Assembly (NCBI GenBank): GCA_044892525.1 | Contig: CM097885.1 | Location: 30,816,001 to 30,880,000 of the forward strand | Source: Schmidtea polychroa | Taxonomy: Eukaryota | Length of the DNA: 64,000 nt | Direction of reading: 5' to 3' | In this document: one piece after another, positions 10,701 through 24,579 of the stretch | Layout: each line of letters starts with the position of its first letter | Numbering within the stretch: the first letter of the stretch is position 1 | The notes under the pieces: generated by a model | Databases searched by the model: none | What the model was told of the DNA's origin: nothing | Seen by the model: only the letters and a program-made list of their open reading frames with translations | Position numbers and translations under genes: made by a program

Positions 10701-12022
10701 TAACTTAATCTGTGTTTATTGTTCAATTGCTAAAATATATGTCGTTTTCATATTCATTATTTTAAAATTTTTGCTACCTGTCATTGCAAATTAAATGATA
10801 TTAAATCTTACTTTTACTTATTCATTAAAATACTCCATAATGCATAATTAAAATATAATGTTGTCCAAAAAAATTATTATAGTTCATGTAAACAAAAAGA
10901 AACACTTTTGTTAGATAAATATATAAAATGAAAGAATATATAATTATGACTATCAAATGATTGGTTCATGGTAGTAATGATGACATAGTTGAATGTCTGA
11001 ACAGTCTAATACTGGAAGCTGAGAATCATTGTAACATTGATTTTTCACCAGCTGTAGCTCCAAGGACTGACAACGAAAAAGTTGATCACTATTTATATTT
11101 CTTTAGTTGCCTACTAACGATAATTGTCTAGTAACAACTATTTGTTTTAATTTATCATTAATGGTTCGATGAGTACGGGTTGAGTCATCCATGTTGGTAG
11201 TTTATCAGATAGGTCTTACCATGCGATTTATCCTATCATTTTATAAAGAACAAATAATTGGTGATAAACATTTACCAAATTCCATTCTTGTAACCGAATT
11301 TTTGAGAATTATCGATTGGTTTTACATTTTCTTAATTCCTGGGAGAACTAAGAAACTTTTCGAAAATTTTTTTAAGGAATCTTCTCATTTGAATCAAGAC
11401 AAAACTTTTTTATGAAAGATGTTTCGAAAAATTATGTCGCGTTCTTAATGTTCCCAAAAATGTTTCTTAAAACGAAAAAAGTCTATCGAAAAGAAGTTTT
11501 TTCCACAATTTTGTAAGAATTTTTGTTTGTCGTCAAAGAATACGGCTTTTTTGTGTGGGGTGTCTGGACAAAATATTGTTTCAATATTAAGAATAAACAA
11601 AAACACCTTTGACTATAGCCGTCAAAAATTTGACCTTAAAGGGGGAGAGCTCGATAACTCATATGGCGGGAATTTAAAAATTTTAAATAAGATTGAGTTT
11701 TGAACGTTATTTTAACCGTCTGTTCAAAAGTTACGAAAAATCTTTCTTCAACAAAAATGTACTTCTCGCAAAGTTTTAACATTTTCCTGAACCTGTCGCC
11801 ATTTAAAGTACAAAATATTTGTTTTTTGAAATTTTTGACCATCTCCCAAATGAAATTTTGAACAAGTCGTGGTTGTAGGACTGCTAACTCTTCATATTTT
11901 GAAAAAAATAATATTTCCAAAAATGTCAAAGACTCTTTTTCTAGTCAAGTTTTTCTCTTTGAAAAATTTTAATTTTACACCAGAAAAATCTTGAAGAGAT
12001 ACAAAAATGTTGTGGTCAGCAA

Positions 12023-12025
<3 letters not shown>

Positions 12026-12110
<85 letters not shown>
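12026..12110. repeat. (TA)n microsatellite
   Basis: Pure AT dinucleotide run. Confidence 0.95.
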
Positions 12111-12112
<2 letters not shown>

Positions 12113-12883
12113 TCTATATTTTAGTCGAAATAATTTTTTGAAAATCTAAAGCCTACGCGCTATAGCGAGATGAAACAAAAAACTAAAATTTCGCTTTAAA
12201 ATCAATATTTTCACTTTTAGTTGATAATAATTAATAATCAATAATTATTTGGATTCTTTCTAAAAATTGGCACTTAAAAATCAATAAATGCACTTTTTAA
12301 TCAATAAAAATAAATTTTTAAAAAATCAATAATCGCGACTTGATCTTGAAGGTAGAGGAGGTGGAGGGACCTCTGTTGCTAACCAGTGTGCGGTAAATAA
12401 TGGTGGTGCGGGGCTCACATCTACCTACTCTTACTCCAAGGTCCATTAGCCACTGAAGTATTAGTTCTCATATTTTTAATGAAAGAGTTTGTTAACTTAA
12501 AAGCTTAAAACCTTTTTTGAAATTGTGATTGTTGAAAGATCTAAAAAAATGATAAAGGAAGTTAATTTATCTTGATCAAAAATAATTAATTAAATTTAGA
12601 TAATAAATTATTTTCACACTTACTTTCAGGGTTGATAAGAAAATTTATTAAAAAATTTTCTTTTAAATAAATGTTACAACTTTGGCGACAACGGAGAGAA
12701 CTAAAGATATTGGAAGAAAGCATGGGGAAAAAGAAAATAAACAAATAATAAATATGAAAAATTGTCCGGGGATTTTTAGATTTCCTAATATCAATTTAAC
12801 CAACTCTACCCCTCTTGTGATGCTTATTTTTGATCAAATAGTAAAAATAATAATAAAAATCCAAACTAAATAAAATATTAAAC

Positions 12884-13015
12884 AACTAATAAATGACACA
12901 ATAAGCCCTTGCTCCACGTTTTATTACGTGGAAATTTTCAATTATGAAATAATCCCTTTCGGAATTTTGACGTATAAAACCCTTCAACAAAGGCTTATCT
13001 TGTCATTTATTAGTT
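12884..13015. mobile_element. ~130-bp foldback/MITE just downstream of the NCX stop codon
   Basis: AACTAATAAATGACACAATAAGCCCT pairs with AAGGCTTATCTTGTCATTTATTAGTT. Confidence 0.55.
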
Positions 13016-13118
13016 TTGCGACATTTAATTTACGCCGCCATCAAGAAATCATCATTTTATAAATGAAATTTATAAATGTAAATAAAAATTTCAAAGTATT
13101 TGAAAATTTATTGTTACT

Positions 13119-13495
13119 TTAAAAACGAGGAATATGACAATAATTTTCTAGTGAAGATAATAAAATATAAATGAACCACATGGTAAAAAATAAAAATCCT
13201 GTAAAAATCTTAGATTTCTTTGGTCCACCTAGTTCACCACCTATTGAAGGCTTACGACGATATAGCATAATTCCAATAGCTATGAACGCCATTATGCAGA
13301 ACAATGTCACTGAAAATCCTAAGGAACCCGAATCCACTTTAAATGTACTTCCATTAGCGTAATGATAACATGCAGCTATAGACCAAGATATTCCAATTCC
13401 CAGATAAACATTAACGGCATTGCTGCCCATAACATTTCCCACGCTAGAATCTGCCGTCGAGTCTTGTAATGCAGCTACTTTACTCGCAAAAGTAT
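13119..13495 (-). CDS. NCX: NCX last coding exon
   Basis: [30 protein letters not shown]...GGELGGP...YCHIPRF*. Confidence 0.93.
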
Positions 13496-16400
13496 CTTAA
13501 TCATTTTGTTATTGAGACAAATCATAGAAACAAATATTATCTATTACCCGGAAGACTGGTACCTAAAGCAACAAATGTAATGGCAGTCACTGAGTCTGTC
13601 AGTCCAATATTACACCCGAACCCAGAGGCCACATCCCCAACAATTGCAGTTAAGATTCCTATTATTAATATAGAAAACCAGAAACAGAGCCAACCGCCAC
13701 ACAATTCTAAATGATTAAAAATTAATTTCGTACAATTATTAATTTTATTATTTCATGAATTTATTAAATTATTATTTATGGCAATATTGTGTAATCAAAA
13801 ATTCAAAATTTAAAAGATTCCTTATCCACGCCACAACAACCAGGCTGCTGCTAAATATTTAAATGATAATGGTGATTGCCCGTTAGATTCAAATATGTAT
13901 AGTGATTGGTGTGTTGATAAATTTTGATAAATATTTTTGTGTAATTAATAATAATAATTTAACCAATAAAGTAATTAAATATGAAGTGGGTTAATTAGCC
14001 ATTGCAAGATTTGCTTGCTACATTATTTCAATGGATTACAAAGTTATTTATTTGAATTAAAATTGATTACCGTATATACTCGTGTATAAGCCGATCCGTA
14101 TATAAGCCGAAGTGAGTTTTTATAATCAATTTTTTGTCCAAAATCAAGTACCCGTATATAAGCCGAGGTAAAAAAAAATAGCTAAAATCTGACGAATTAT
14201 TTAAATAATCACAAAATCTTGTTTTTGACATGTTAGCTTAAAAATTAGCTTAAAAATTGCCTAAAATTTCTCGGCTTATACACGAGTATATACGGTATAT
14301 ATTTATAAATATTTATATCATAAAAATGTATTTAGAAATAAATTTTTAATTCAGTTTTCAAAATGATTGCCAATATTACCTGTAGGTGGAACACACGCGA
14401 ATAAAATCTTCCAAAATACGCTTAAATAATGCATTACATAAGTTCCAGTTTGAGGAGATTTATTCCCATCATCGTCTGAATAATTTTAATTAAATAAAAT
14501 TAAATAAATAATCTAAACCCGAAACAACTGTCAGTGCTTCCTTAAATTGTTCTTTCCACGAAGATGTACCTAATATTTGAGAAATGTGACTTTTCTTCAT
14601 CAATTGATCAACAACATGCTAAATAAAAGTTGAAAATTAATTTTTATTTGAAACTCCTTTAATTAATTATGAGATTATAAAAACTTCTTTTGATTTTTAC
14701 ATCTGATTTCTTATCATTTTCAATTGACATTGTATTTAATAAAAAATTGACTATGAATCAGTAAATATATCTATATTGTTTGATATTCATGAATTATCGG
14801 CACAGCCTTTTTCATTTGATTTTGATTATAATTATGAAATAATTTTCAAGCAAACTAATTTCTAAATAAAATTGTATAAATTAATTTTCCTGCAATGTCT
14901 CTGACGCCTTCAGTGGCAATGTAAGAAACAATTAAACGTTTTCGTCTAGCTATATATGATTTACCTAAGATTGTACCCAAATTATACGTGAATTCAATGT
15001 AAACTTTTGAGAATTTTGTTGTATATTATATTTTATAAATAACAACAGTGACTAAATTTCTGATTTATTTTCTTTTATGAAAGAGAGGCTAAGATTGATA
15101 TTTTAAAAGGATGGCGGTAAGTCTTGGGCCAGCTCAGTCTATATGAAAAATTCTTTAAAAGACAAAAAATTTTTAAAAGCTCCTTATAATTTTGTCATTG
15201 AATAAAAATTATTATAACTCTAAAAATAATAAAATATTGGAGATTATAAAATTTAAAAATCTTAAAATTTTTCTCTTTAAAATCTCCCGCGCTTTCCGAC
15301 GGCTCTGTTAATAAATAGTTACTGTTGTAAATAAGTTTGTTTAAATATTCGGAATATTTAAATTAGTGAATAAAACAATGTTATTTATTTATTAATTTTC
15401 CAAGGTCTAATACCAATGAAAATTACTCCGGATACTTTGAGATAAAATCCAAATAAAAATTTTACTTTTAATTCCTGACTTTCTCGAATACATATTTCAA
15501 TTGTATTGCTATCTTTTATTTTGGGTTTGCATTCATTATTTGAGGATTTCTGGACGTCCAACAAATTGACTTGATTGGATTTAGAATTTCGACGACTGAA
15601 TGACAAACGTCTCCCAAAGTCTTCAATTAAGTTTAAGGGATTTGAGCTTTTTCTTCCTGCTAAAAAAATCCAGTATTTTTAAAATTTTCTACCAAAAACA
15701 ATAAATGAAATAAGAAATAAAATATGGAGGAAGGAAGTGGATAATTTTCATCTAGTTCTAAAAAATGGACTTGGAGATTTGTTTATAGACGTGTATACAA
15801 ATATACATTTAAACTTATTTGTTCACCTAGACCAGGGGTCGGCAAACCAAGGCTCACGAGCCTTTGTAGGCTCTAGTCTTTTAAGTATGATTCTTCCGGA
15901 AAAAAGTAAAATTTATTTTTGTTTAAAACAAAAAAAATTTTGAATAAAAATATTTTATGTGATCCGAATCTACTAAATTCTTGTTAGAAATTACCAGGAA
16001 AGCATAATATTAAATAAAACATCGTAACTGTTGTTTTATATTGCATATATTATTTTATGATAGGAAATCATTCCATATTGGAAGAGTTAATTTTAATGAA
16101 GAATCAATCAGTAACACAGTTGTAATTTAATGTTGTCTGTAACTATTAGATATAAAAAATTATGTTGGTGGGAAGAGGTAGACCTTCTTGAACGTAACTA
16201 GTACGTAGCTAAGGCTCTCCAGAAAAAATTAATTGTTATGCTTCTGATATTTTAACAAATGAGTTTGCCGACCGCTGACCTAGACTATTATTTTCAGCAG
16301 AACAAAATATCCCGATCAATTTGGATGATAAAAGAAATGTTTGAAGTCAAAATTTTTACAATAAACCGAGAGTAGAATAAACCGTGATCCGGAAGTTCTG

Positions 16401-18334
16401 GAATCTAAAATGATATATTGCTTAGTGAAATGTCAATCCATCATATAGCTTAGAAATTTTCACCCTTAATAGAAAAAGTATGTCAAGTGTAAAATCTTAT
16501 GAAGGACACAAATATGAGTTAACCCTTTTATACGGAGTGTACAATATATTGTACACAGTTTTTTTGCTGAATATCTGTTGTACCTTTTCGAAAATATAAT
16601 GTGAGAAGTACTTTTTAAGAAAATTGAAATTTGTTCTAGTACATTTTAATAATTTTGGCGCCAAATAGTGACATTTTCAGTATTTTTCAGTTGATTTTGT
16701 GAAGAGCACACGCAAAAAGAAAAATTAATTCCCGAATGAAAGGGTTAAGGGTTTCCGTAACTCATGAAAATAGGTCAGATTAAGTAAAAATAAAATCTCA
16801 CAAAGTAAAAAAATCTAATTTATTTCACACTTGATAAAATGTTAATTTTTATTAAATTTAACAATGATTATAACGAAATTATATTTGTAAATTTTCAGTA
16901 AAAATAAATAACTAAGAAATTCTTACCTAGTTTCTCTACTAAAGCCGGTTCTCCAAGCTCAATGAAAAATGACTTATTTTTCTCATATTCTGTATCATCA
17001 ACAATTCTAACAGAAATTGAAGCTCTAGAAATATTATTAGAATCAACCAGTTGAATAACTATAATGACAATTTAATATTAATTAACTCATTAAAGCAGAA
17101 TTTATGTCAACAGTAAACAGTTATGTGAGTGTGCATTTTGACAGATTTTGACGGGGGAGAAGGGAACATGAAGAAATGAGACGGATTGGAGTTACAAAGA
17201 AATATCATTGCTGAAAGAACGCACATAAAAGAGGGGATTGTTTTCAACTAGCTAAGAGCGCAATTGTGTCTATCCACTGTAATTGGTTAAAGAACAAATT
17301 TCCTTTATTTTTAATTCTTTTCCAATTATAGATCTAGCGATTATAGATCAAAATTCCGTAAAATTTCAAAAATTCAAATTCCAGGATTTGTCTAAATATA
17401 TTCCGAGATTCTTTGATAAATTAATTTTTATTTATTAATAAGTATATATTATATTATTATAAGAATTTTTCTTTCTAATTTCACCACTGATTATTTTTTC
17501 CATTGAATTTATTAAAAAGAGAGCTTGAAGACCATAAATCAGTAATATATCGATGTTTTTGATACTCACGAATTTTCGGCACTGCCTTTTTCAAGTGAAT
17601 TTGATCATTATTGCATATATACGTATAACCATATATTACATGATAATTATTAAAAAATCGAAATATAGGATTTCATTTACAATCTATAGCCAGCATTATT
17701 TGTTATTATTTATTATACATTGTGCCAGTAATTATACATTCGTTCACAAAATCCTGCGGCACACTATAAAGCTTCTCGCTGTACAGTAGTTGAAAATCAC
17801 TGATCCATAGTAATATTTTGCAGTTTTTACCATATTTTGACATTAATGAAAAAAGCATAATTTCAAGATAATCCATTTTTTTCATTGTTCATTTTCGAAA
17901 CACAATTTAAGTTAACAATTTTTGGGATACTCTAATTAACCAACCCAATATTGCTTAGGAAAACCTTCCATAAAATTTTATCAAACTGGGAAAAATGTTT
18001 AATTTAACAATTGTTTTCTTTAAATGAGAAAACCTAAAGTTTCCGCGTCATTTATTGTTTTATTGTCTTGTTTAAGAAGCTATTTAACACAATACACAGG
18101 GTTTCACATTATATTTTATAATGCACTTTTAAATTTCTTAAATATAATAAATGAAAGTTATTTTACTTACTCGGTTTGATCATTGTAAAAATCTAAAAAT
18201 CCAGTTATATCTTCAAAATCCTGACCTCCTCCAATTGCAGTGTTTTGTACAGTTTTAAATGGCAGTCTTACATGACCACGAGTTCCTAAAACAATTAAAA
18301 AAGTGAAAATTATTATTATCTATTATCTATATTC

Positions 18335-18431
<97 letters not shown>

Positions 18432-18521
18432 AAACAATAAAATGATAATTTAAGCCTTTTGCTGCAAATAATGTATTTAATGAAAGAATTTTCGACTATA
18501 AGATAGTCCTTGTCAATCTCC

Positions 18522-18588
<67 letters not shown>

Positions 18589-21500
18589 CATTATTATTAT
18601 TATTATCATTATTATTATTATAAAAAAGAAACGGTTCACATTAAAAATGAAAAAAGTCGAAAATTTTCGGTTGAATGTAAATTATACTTGTTTTTATTTA
18701 TTGCATAAAATATTACGTATAATCATTTTCATTTTTCCAACAACAAACATTCACGCAATCATTTATTAGGTTGTTAATAATTTTATTTAATTATTGTCTA
18801 AAATAAATAAATTGTAAAATTAATTAACTGCGTAATATTAGATAAATACTAGAATATAAAACGGACAAAATTGTAAATACAAAACTCTTTGCAATAAATA
18901 GATTCGGATTTTTCTGCTAAGATTTTGTTATTTGAATCTTTTATTTTCCTTACCATTTCAGGTAATCAATGGTAAAGGTTATTTTTCATGATAAAGGTTT
19001 TGAAAAGAAATTTGCTATCACTGAATTCCAGTAAATCCATTTCAACTTAATTATTGCTAAATTAATATGTACAATTATCGAAATTGGGCAAATAATGAGA
19101 TTAAAGCAAATTTCGGTGTATTTCACGATGCCTTCACAATTTTTAATGAATTAATTATCTGTCTTTTCTAATTCAATTTGTTGACATTTCTTGTTGCTTT
19201 GATCTAATTATGATAAAGATAGCAAAGAATTAGTTCCATAGAGATATTTACAGAAATAAATACAGATTAACAAGATCCCATTTTAGAAAATATAAGAGAA
19301 GAAATTTCATTTAATAAAAATAAAAATTTCAAAGTTTAAATTTTTTAAAAATTATTTATTTGATTATAAAAATTTACTTTCAATGGGAATTTCAAAGTAC
19401 ATATTTCACTTGATTTACACTGTTTTTACATTTAAAAAATATTTCAAAATTACAGATATGAATTCCCCGCACAAAGATTCATTTGCACGCACGAAAAGAA
19501 TTAAGCGAACCAATCTAATTTTACAATTTGGACACGGTTCGAAATATTCACATAAATTTGCTAATCATGATGTTTATATTAATTTAATTTAATTAATATC
19601 CATTAAAAACGTGGGATTTTTATTAAATTATTTATAAAATTTTATAGTTAATTTAGTTAAATTAATTTTGGAAAATAATTATTTTTATGAAATAAATTTT
19701 TTAAAGACAAATGACATAATAAACTGAAATAGATTTGGATAGAACAATGATTCTCAACCTTTTTTTGTTGCGGCACACTTTGAACAATTTCAAAATTTTG
19801 GGGCACACAAAGGTTTCTATAATACACGTTGGTGTGTGCATTAGTGAATATGATTCATCATTCATGAGAAAGTGAAGTTATTTACTTCATTTATACAATT
19901 TTATAAATGGTTTTCAAGTAAGTTTTTTAAATTTAAGTAACTTTTAAGGCTTGAATTTGATATAATTTTGATATTATGAGATCATTCCGCGGCACACTGT
20001 TTAAATTTCGCGGTACATTAAAGTGCCATAGCAAAGTGGTTGAGTATCACTGGGGCAGAAAAAAAAGATCTGAGGAACATTAATTTTTACAATTAATTTT
20101 GTTTCTATTGATGAAAGTTATTAACAACTACAATATAAATTGAAAATCTTTTTACAAAATTCTCTACTTACTACTTGAGTCCCTTTAAAACAATACGACA
20201 AACAAGCAGATGGAAAAACAATACAATTTCAGATTTGTTTTACAGTCGGGAAATGTTATCGCAACGGTATTATATGGTGAAACAATATATCCCAAACGTA
20301 TTTTTTATATCTATACATTTATATTAGTTTTCCAGATGAATAAAATAATATCTGGTTCGTAAAAATAACTCGATTTGAGAAAAAATAGTTAAATGGACTT
20401 TAAATTTTTTAAATAAATTTTCATTATATAATATTTTTTCTAAAAAAAGCCAATATACAAATTTGGCAATTCCGATCGTAACGGAATTTTTTCACAAATA
20501 AAATATCCATCAATGTCATATTTTAAAAACCTCAGGGTTACTGCTGCCATACCTACAAACTTTACCTTATACACTTTAAATCCCTATACTAAATTTAAAG
20601 TTGAAATTGTGTGATGAAAATTTCGGTATTTATGCTGTTTTGTCCATATTTGAATATTTATTGCTATAACTATTATTTTCCATTTAATAGCCAATTTGAC
20701 ATCCCTTTCCTCCATCTACACAGAAATAAAATTAGCATTCCAGAAAGATTTAAAAAAATATTATTAAAATATATGCAAATCAACATTGCAATGAACAAAA
20801 AATTATTTAATTTTTTAATAATAAAAAAAATAAAAATAAATAAAAGTCAAATTTAAATTTTTTAAAAATTATTATTATGATAATAATAATGGTCAATCCT
20901 GAGTCGCGTCTGTGTGCATTTTCGTTTTTGTGTTGAGAAATTGGAATTTTTGCAAAATTCCAGATCAAGTATATCAGAACAAACATGTTCCTTTTGAACA
21001 ATAAACAAATAATGTGGAATAAAATCTTTCATATTAAAAAATTCCTAAACACCTTATATTATGAGAAACACAAACTTATCTCGGTGTTGATTTGGATATA
21101 TCATTTTTCAAATAATAAAAATTCAACATTTCAACACATTTCAGATTATTAATTTTATTAATTTTAATTAAAAAAAAATAAAATTCTGATTGACTCATTA
21201 ATACTATTGAAAATGGCGAAAATTAATTACAATTTAGTTAAAAGTGAATTAAAAAAGACATACAAAAATTAGTCTAAAAATTATTTTGTACAGATTTTGT
21301 TTAAGTTTTCGTTTCAATTTATAATCACTTCCTATAAATAAGTAATAATTCAAATACTCATAAAAACCATTAAAATATAACTAAAATTATTGAATATAAG
21401 TAATGTTGAAGAGCTTGTATAATGATCTCATATCTTTATGAAATACAAATATAAGTCTTAAAATTTACTTTTATTAATTTACGTATTTGGAAACCGTTTC

Positions 21501-21654
21501 TAAGGTATAAACATGTAACCGAGCAGTACCAACACATTATGCAGACATTACACTTAGTCAACAACCTTAATAATCATGTATAAAGTGTATCTCAATTTTT
21601 AAATGAAAAATCTCCCAAAAGATATGATTTATACGTGAGTGTTTTTCGTTCAAA

Positions 21655-21687
<33 letters not shown>

Positions 21688-23602
21688 TATTATTATTATT
21701 ATTATTATTATTAAATTTTGTATATTTAATATTTTGCAAAAAGATTAAATTAATCTTATAATCTTATTAAAAGCTTAAAGAACAAATATTAAATATAACA
21801 AACTGTGATAATAATATTTGTGAGACTATAGATCAAAACAATATAGTCTTACAAATATCAATATAAAAATTATTGAATTAAAATAATCAAAGGTGAAACC
21901 AAAAGATAAATTATAAATTGTTTTACACTTCCAATGTAGAAAAAATAAAATTATGCATGTAAAAATAAGTTTTACCTGTTGATCTAAAGACTTTTATCTC
22001 TAACAGCCCGATAGTTTCAGGAACAGTAATAGATGAAAATCCAAAATGAAATACACCGGGATGATCGTCATCAAGAATCATAATGGTGGCCATTGAAGGA
22101 TCAGCAAGCTGTGAAGGAAAAATTTCTTGAGATGTTAATTTTTCTCCACCAATACGATAAACAATGAGATTTTTCAATTGAATGTAAAAATGTTCATCTT
22201 CCTCAAATACATCATCATCAATAATTGTGATGTTTATCGTTGCTTCACTTTGGCCAGGATGGAAAACTAGTTTTCCCATAACTGGAATATAATCTTCATG
22301 CGCAGTGGCAGTTCCATCTTCTGAATAAAATTCAACTTCGGCAAAAGTATTTTCAATTAATTGGCCAGATCGCTTGAGGAGAACTTGCATCGTACCGATA
22401 TTTTCCAAAACCGTATAATGGCCAGGGTCGAAAAATATCTGCTGCAATATATTATCGTCTTGCTTTTGTTTGCTAAGAACCTTTTCAAAATCCTTTTGGA
22501 AATCCAATTCAATATTCGATTTTTGTATAACAAATTTACTTCCTGTTAGAATGCGAGTAGCCTGAATTCTATAAAATGCACGACTCTTCGTACTTCTTTT
22601 GAGGATTTCATACTGTGCTAATTCTTCGAGTTTACGGCTGTCTATGTTTGGCTGTTGAAGTCGAATTTCTTTGATTATATCTAAATACTCAAGTCTATGC
22701 TTTTCGAAGTCTCCCGAACTTTCTATATTGCAAATATTCCCTTCTTCTAAATAATAATTTTGGTTACAAGTTAAATTCTTTTCAATATCTCCGTCATTCT
22801 TCGTAAAATTTTTGATATTTTTCCTTACAAATCTTCTTTTTAAAAATTTATTGAAAAACAATTTGGTATCGGCAATATACGCAGTAAACACTGTAAGTGG
22901 GAAAAAAGCAAACGTCAGTACAGCTTCCCAAATTTCAACCACCCCAACAGATATTTTTGCCAAAATTAAATACAACCACAAATAGGCAAAAATTGACCAT
23001 AAACCGGTAATAATAAATACACTGAGATGCTTAATTTTTTTCACCTCTCCATCTGGTATTATTAGAACGCATAATCCAATAATAACAAATAAATTATAAG
23101 CAGCAGATCCTACAATTGTTCCGGGGCCCAATTCTCCTGATTGGAAATTCTTTCCAATTATTTCAATAATTGAAAGAAGGATTTCTGGCGCACTGGAACC
23201 CAACGCCATCAGGGTCAAATTTGAAACTGTCTCATTCCAAACTCTCACCTTTACGAGTTCACTCGTTCCATCGTGTTTTTTTACTTTCACTGATTTCTCT
23301 TTAGATGTTATTACTTCAATTGCTGCCATGAATCTATCAGAAATAATTGAGACCCCAAGAAATAAATAGCACATGACAAATAAATAAATTGTCGCCTTTA
23401 ATATTTTCAACCAAATCGAATTTCCATGAATCGGTCTCCAAGCAGGGAGAATTATCCCATCGACACAATCAGTTTTCGAAGAAGGAAAACAAAATTCCGG
23501 TTTGTCAATCTTTGAAACATTGGATATCGCAATGCTGATTGAGGCTTGGGTTGGTTCTAACAGGAAGAAATAGCAGAAAAATAATAGAATAATATTTTTC
23601 AT
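13119..23602 (-). CDS. NCX: Sodium/calcium exchanger (NCX, SLC8 family), 8 coding exons, ~921 aa
   Basis: Exons 23602-21976, 18285-18171, 17024-16927, 15659-15466, 14618-14519, 14475-14380, 13706-13548, 13495-13119. All introns are GT-AG and phase-consistent; total 2766 nt. Signal peptide, alpha-1 repeat [10 protein letters not shown], two Calx-beta domains ([20 protein letters not shown]), alpha-2 repeat ALGTSLPDTFAS, C-terminal GGELGGP. Confidence 0.95.
13548..13706 (-). CDS. NCX: NCX coding exon 7
   Basis: [31 protein letters not shown]...ALGTSLP with AG/GT borders. Confidence 0.92.
14070..14295. mobile_element. pogo/Tigger-like MITE (226 bp) in an NCX intron
   Basis: Perfect TIR CCGTATATACTCGTGTATAAGCCG flanked by TA; internal repeats of GTATATAAGCCGA. 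Confidence 0.9.
14380..14475 (-). CDS. NCX: NCX coding exon 6
   Basis: [31 protein letters not shown]. Confidence 0.92.
14519..14618 (-). CDS. NCX: NCX coding exon 5
   Basis: [31 protein letters not shown]. Confidence 0.92.
15466..15659 (-). CDS. NCX: NCX coding exon 4
   Basis: GRKSSNP...[12 protein letters not shown], phase-consistent; tandem TAG/CAG acceptor. Confidence 0.85.
15833..16277. mobile_element. hAT (Buster/Charlie-type) MITE, 445 bp
   Basis: TIRs CAGGGGTCGGCAAAC / GTTTGCCGACCGCTG; perfect 8-bp TSD ACCTAGAC. Confidence 0.9.
16523..16744. mobile_element. piggyBac-type MITE, 222 bp
   Basis: TTAA-CCCTTTTATACGG ... CCGAATGAAAGGG-TTAA. Confidence 0.75.
16927..17024 (-). CDS. NCX: NCX coding exon 3 (CBD2 cassette, exon-A-like)
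   Basis: [32 protein letters not shown]. Confidence 0.92.
17477..17602. repeat. Dispersed repeat; other copies at ~38868-38948 (direct, partial) and ~43378-43470 (inverted)
   Basis: Shared AATTTCACCACTGATT...ATCAGTAA..ATCGATG with the 38.9-kb copy; shared ACTCACGAATTTTCGGCACTGCCTTTTTCAA with the 43.4-kb copy. Confidence 0.7.
18171..18285 (-). CDS. NCX: NCX coding exon 2
   Basis: [37 protein letters not shown]. Confidence 0.92.
18336..18620. repeat. Two (ATT)n microsatellite tracts
   Basis: ATT runs at ~18336-18430 and ~18522-18620. Confidence 0.9.
19745..20052. mobile_element. Older hAT/Charlie-type MITE, 308 bp
   Basis: TIRs CAATGATTCTCAACC / GGTTGAGTATCACTG; GCGGCACAC subterminal motifs; TSD GGATAGAA/GGGCAGAA (6/8). 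Confidence 0.75.
21976..23602 (-). CDS. NCX: NCX first (large, 1627 nt) coding exon
   Basis: ORF 23602-21923 up to the donor ACAG|GTAAAA; signal peptide, N-terminal TM bundle and CBD1. Confidence 0.95.
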
Positions 23603-24540
23603 TTAATCCAAAAACTATTCAATTGAAAAATCTAAAAGTAAAATTTCATGAAAATTAATTGGTTTTATTTTAATTATTGATAAATTAATATTAATTACAT
23701 TTCGACAATTTCGAACGGAATTATTGGTCAATATTTCATGCAATTAAAAATATTTTAATAAAATAATTATCAAAATTAAATTAACTTAATTAAATACTAA
23801 TTTCTGAAAGCAAATAAAAAATTTATAAAATTACCTTTAAATTTGGAATTAAAAAGTGATTCAATAATTCAGATTGTTAATTTTATATTTAGTTCGGTGC
23901 CGTAATTCCAGATGATGGGGAAATTAAAGGACAAATTTATTACTTATATGACCAGAGGCATATTTAATAATAACAGGAAGTGGTTAAATAATAACTATAA
24001 AATCAGGTGTAAATTACTCTTTATGACGTATAAATTGTATGTATAGGGGATTTATATATTTCTGTGTATACACAAACCCAAATGATTACATCATCTGTTA
24101 GTTTATCATTTTTAGTAAAAAAACAAATTTCTTAAACTTGTGAAAAACGACTACAAAATAATTAACATAAATAAATCAATTTTAGTCAATTTTTATTTAC
24201 AAAAATAAAATATTTAAATTTTTAAATTTTAAATTTTAAAAATTTTGGATTTAAAATAAAATTATTTTATAATTCTTTATAGCAAAATAACAAGTTTTTT
24301 ATACTTCTAAAAAAATCTAATAAATAATTGACAAAAATTAATTTGATTAAATTTTTTTAATTTCCTTTCAAAACTTATTTAAAACATATTTTAGAATTAA
24401 GTTAGTTATCTGACAGCCATTTGATTTAATTTAATTAGGATTTATTTCCATCTAAAGCAATTGCAAATTTTAATTTTTCTCATACGTTAAGTTTGTAATA
24501 CACCAAATATTCTTGAATGTGTTTGAATTTCTTACATGAA

Positions 24541-24579
24541 ACTGATAAGAGCCAAAAATGCACGAAACTGGTCTACAAT
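24541..24579 (+). ncRNA. Degenerate minimal hammerhead ribozyme relic
   Basis: CTGATAA-GAGC-caaaaat-GCAC-GAAA-CTGG-TC, resembling the 41.2-kb motifs; G8 mutated and stem I eroded. Confidence 0.5.

Noticed and set aside
11560..12025. Possible Kolobok-like or other non-autonomous element starting TTAAAGGGGG
   Set aside because: No matching opposite terminus or TSD found.
21923..21975. C-terminal tail of the 559-aa ORF
   Set aside because: Read-through into the intron; NCX homology continues at 18285.
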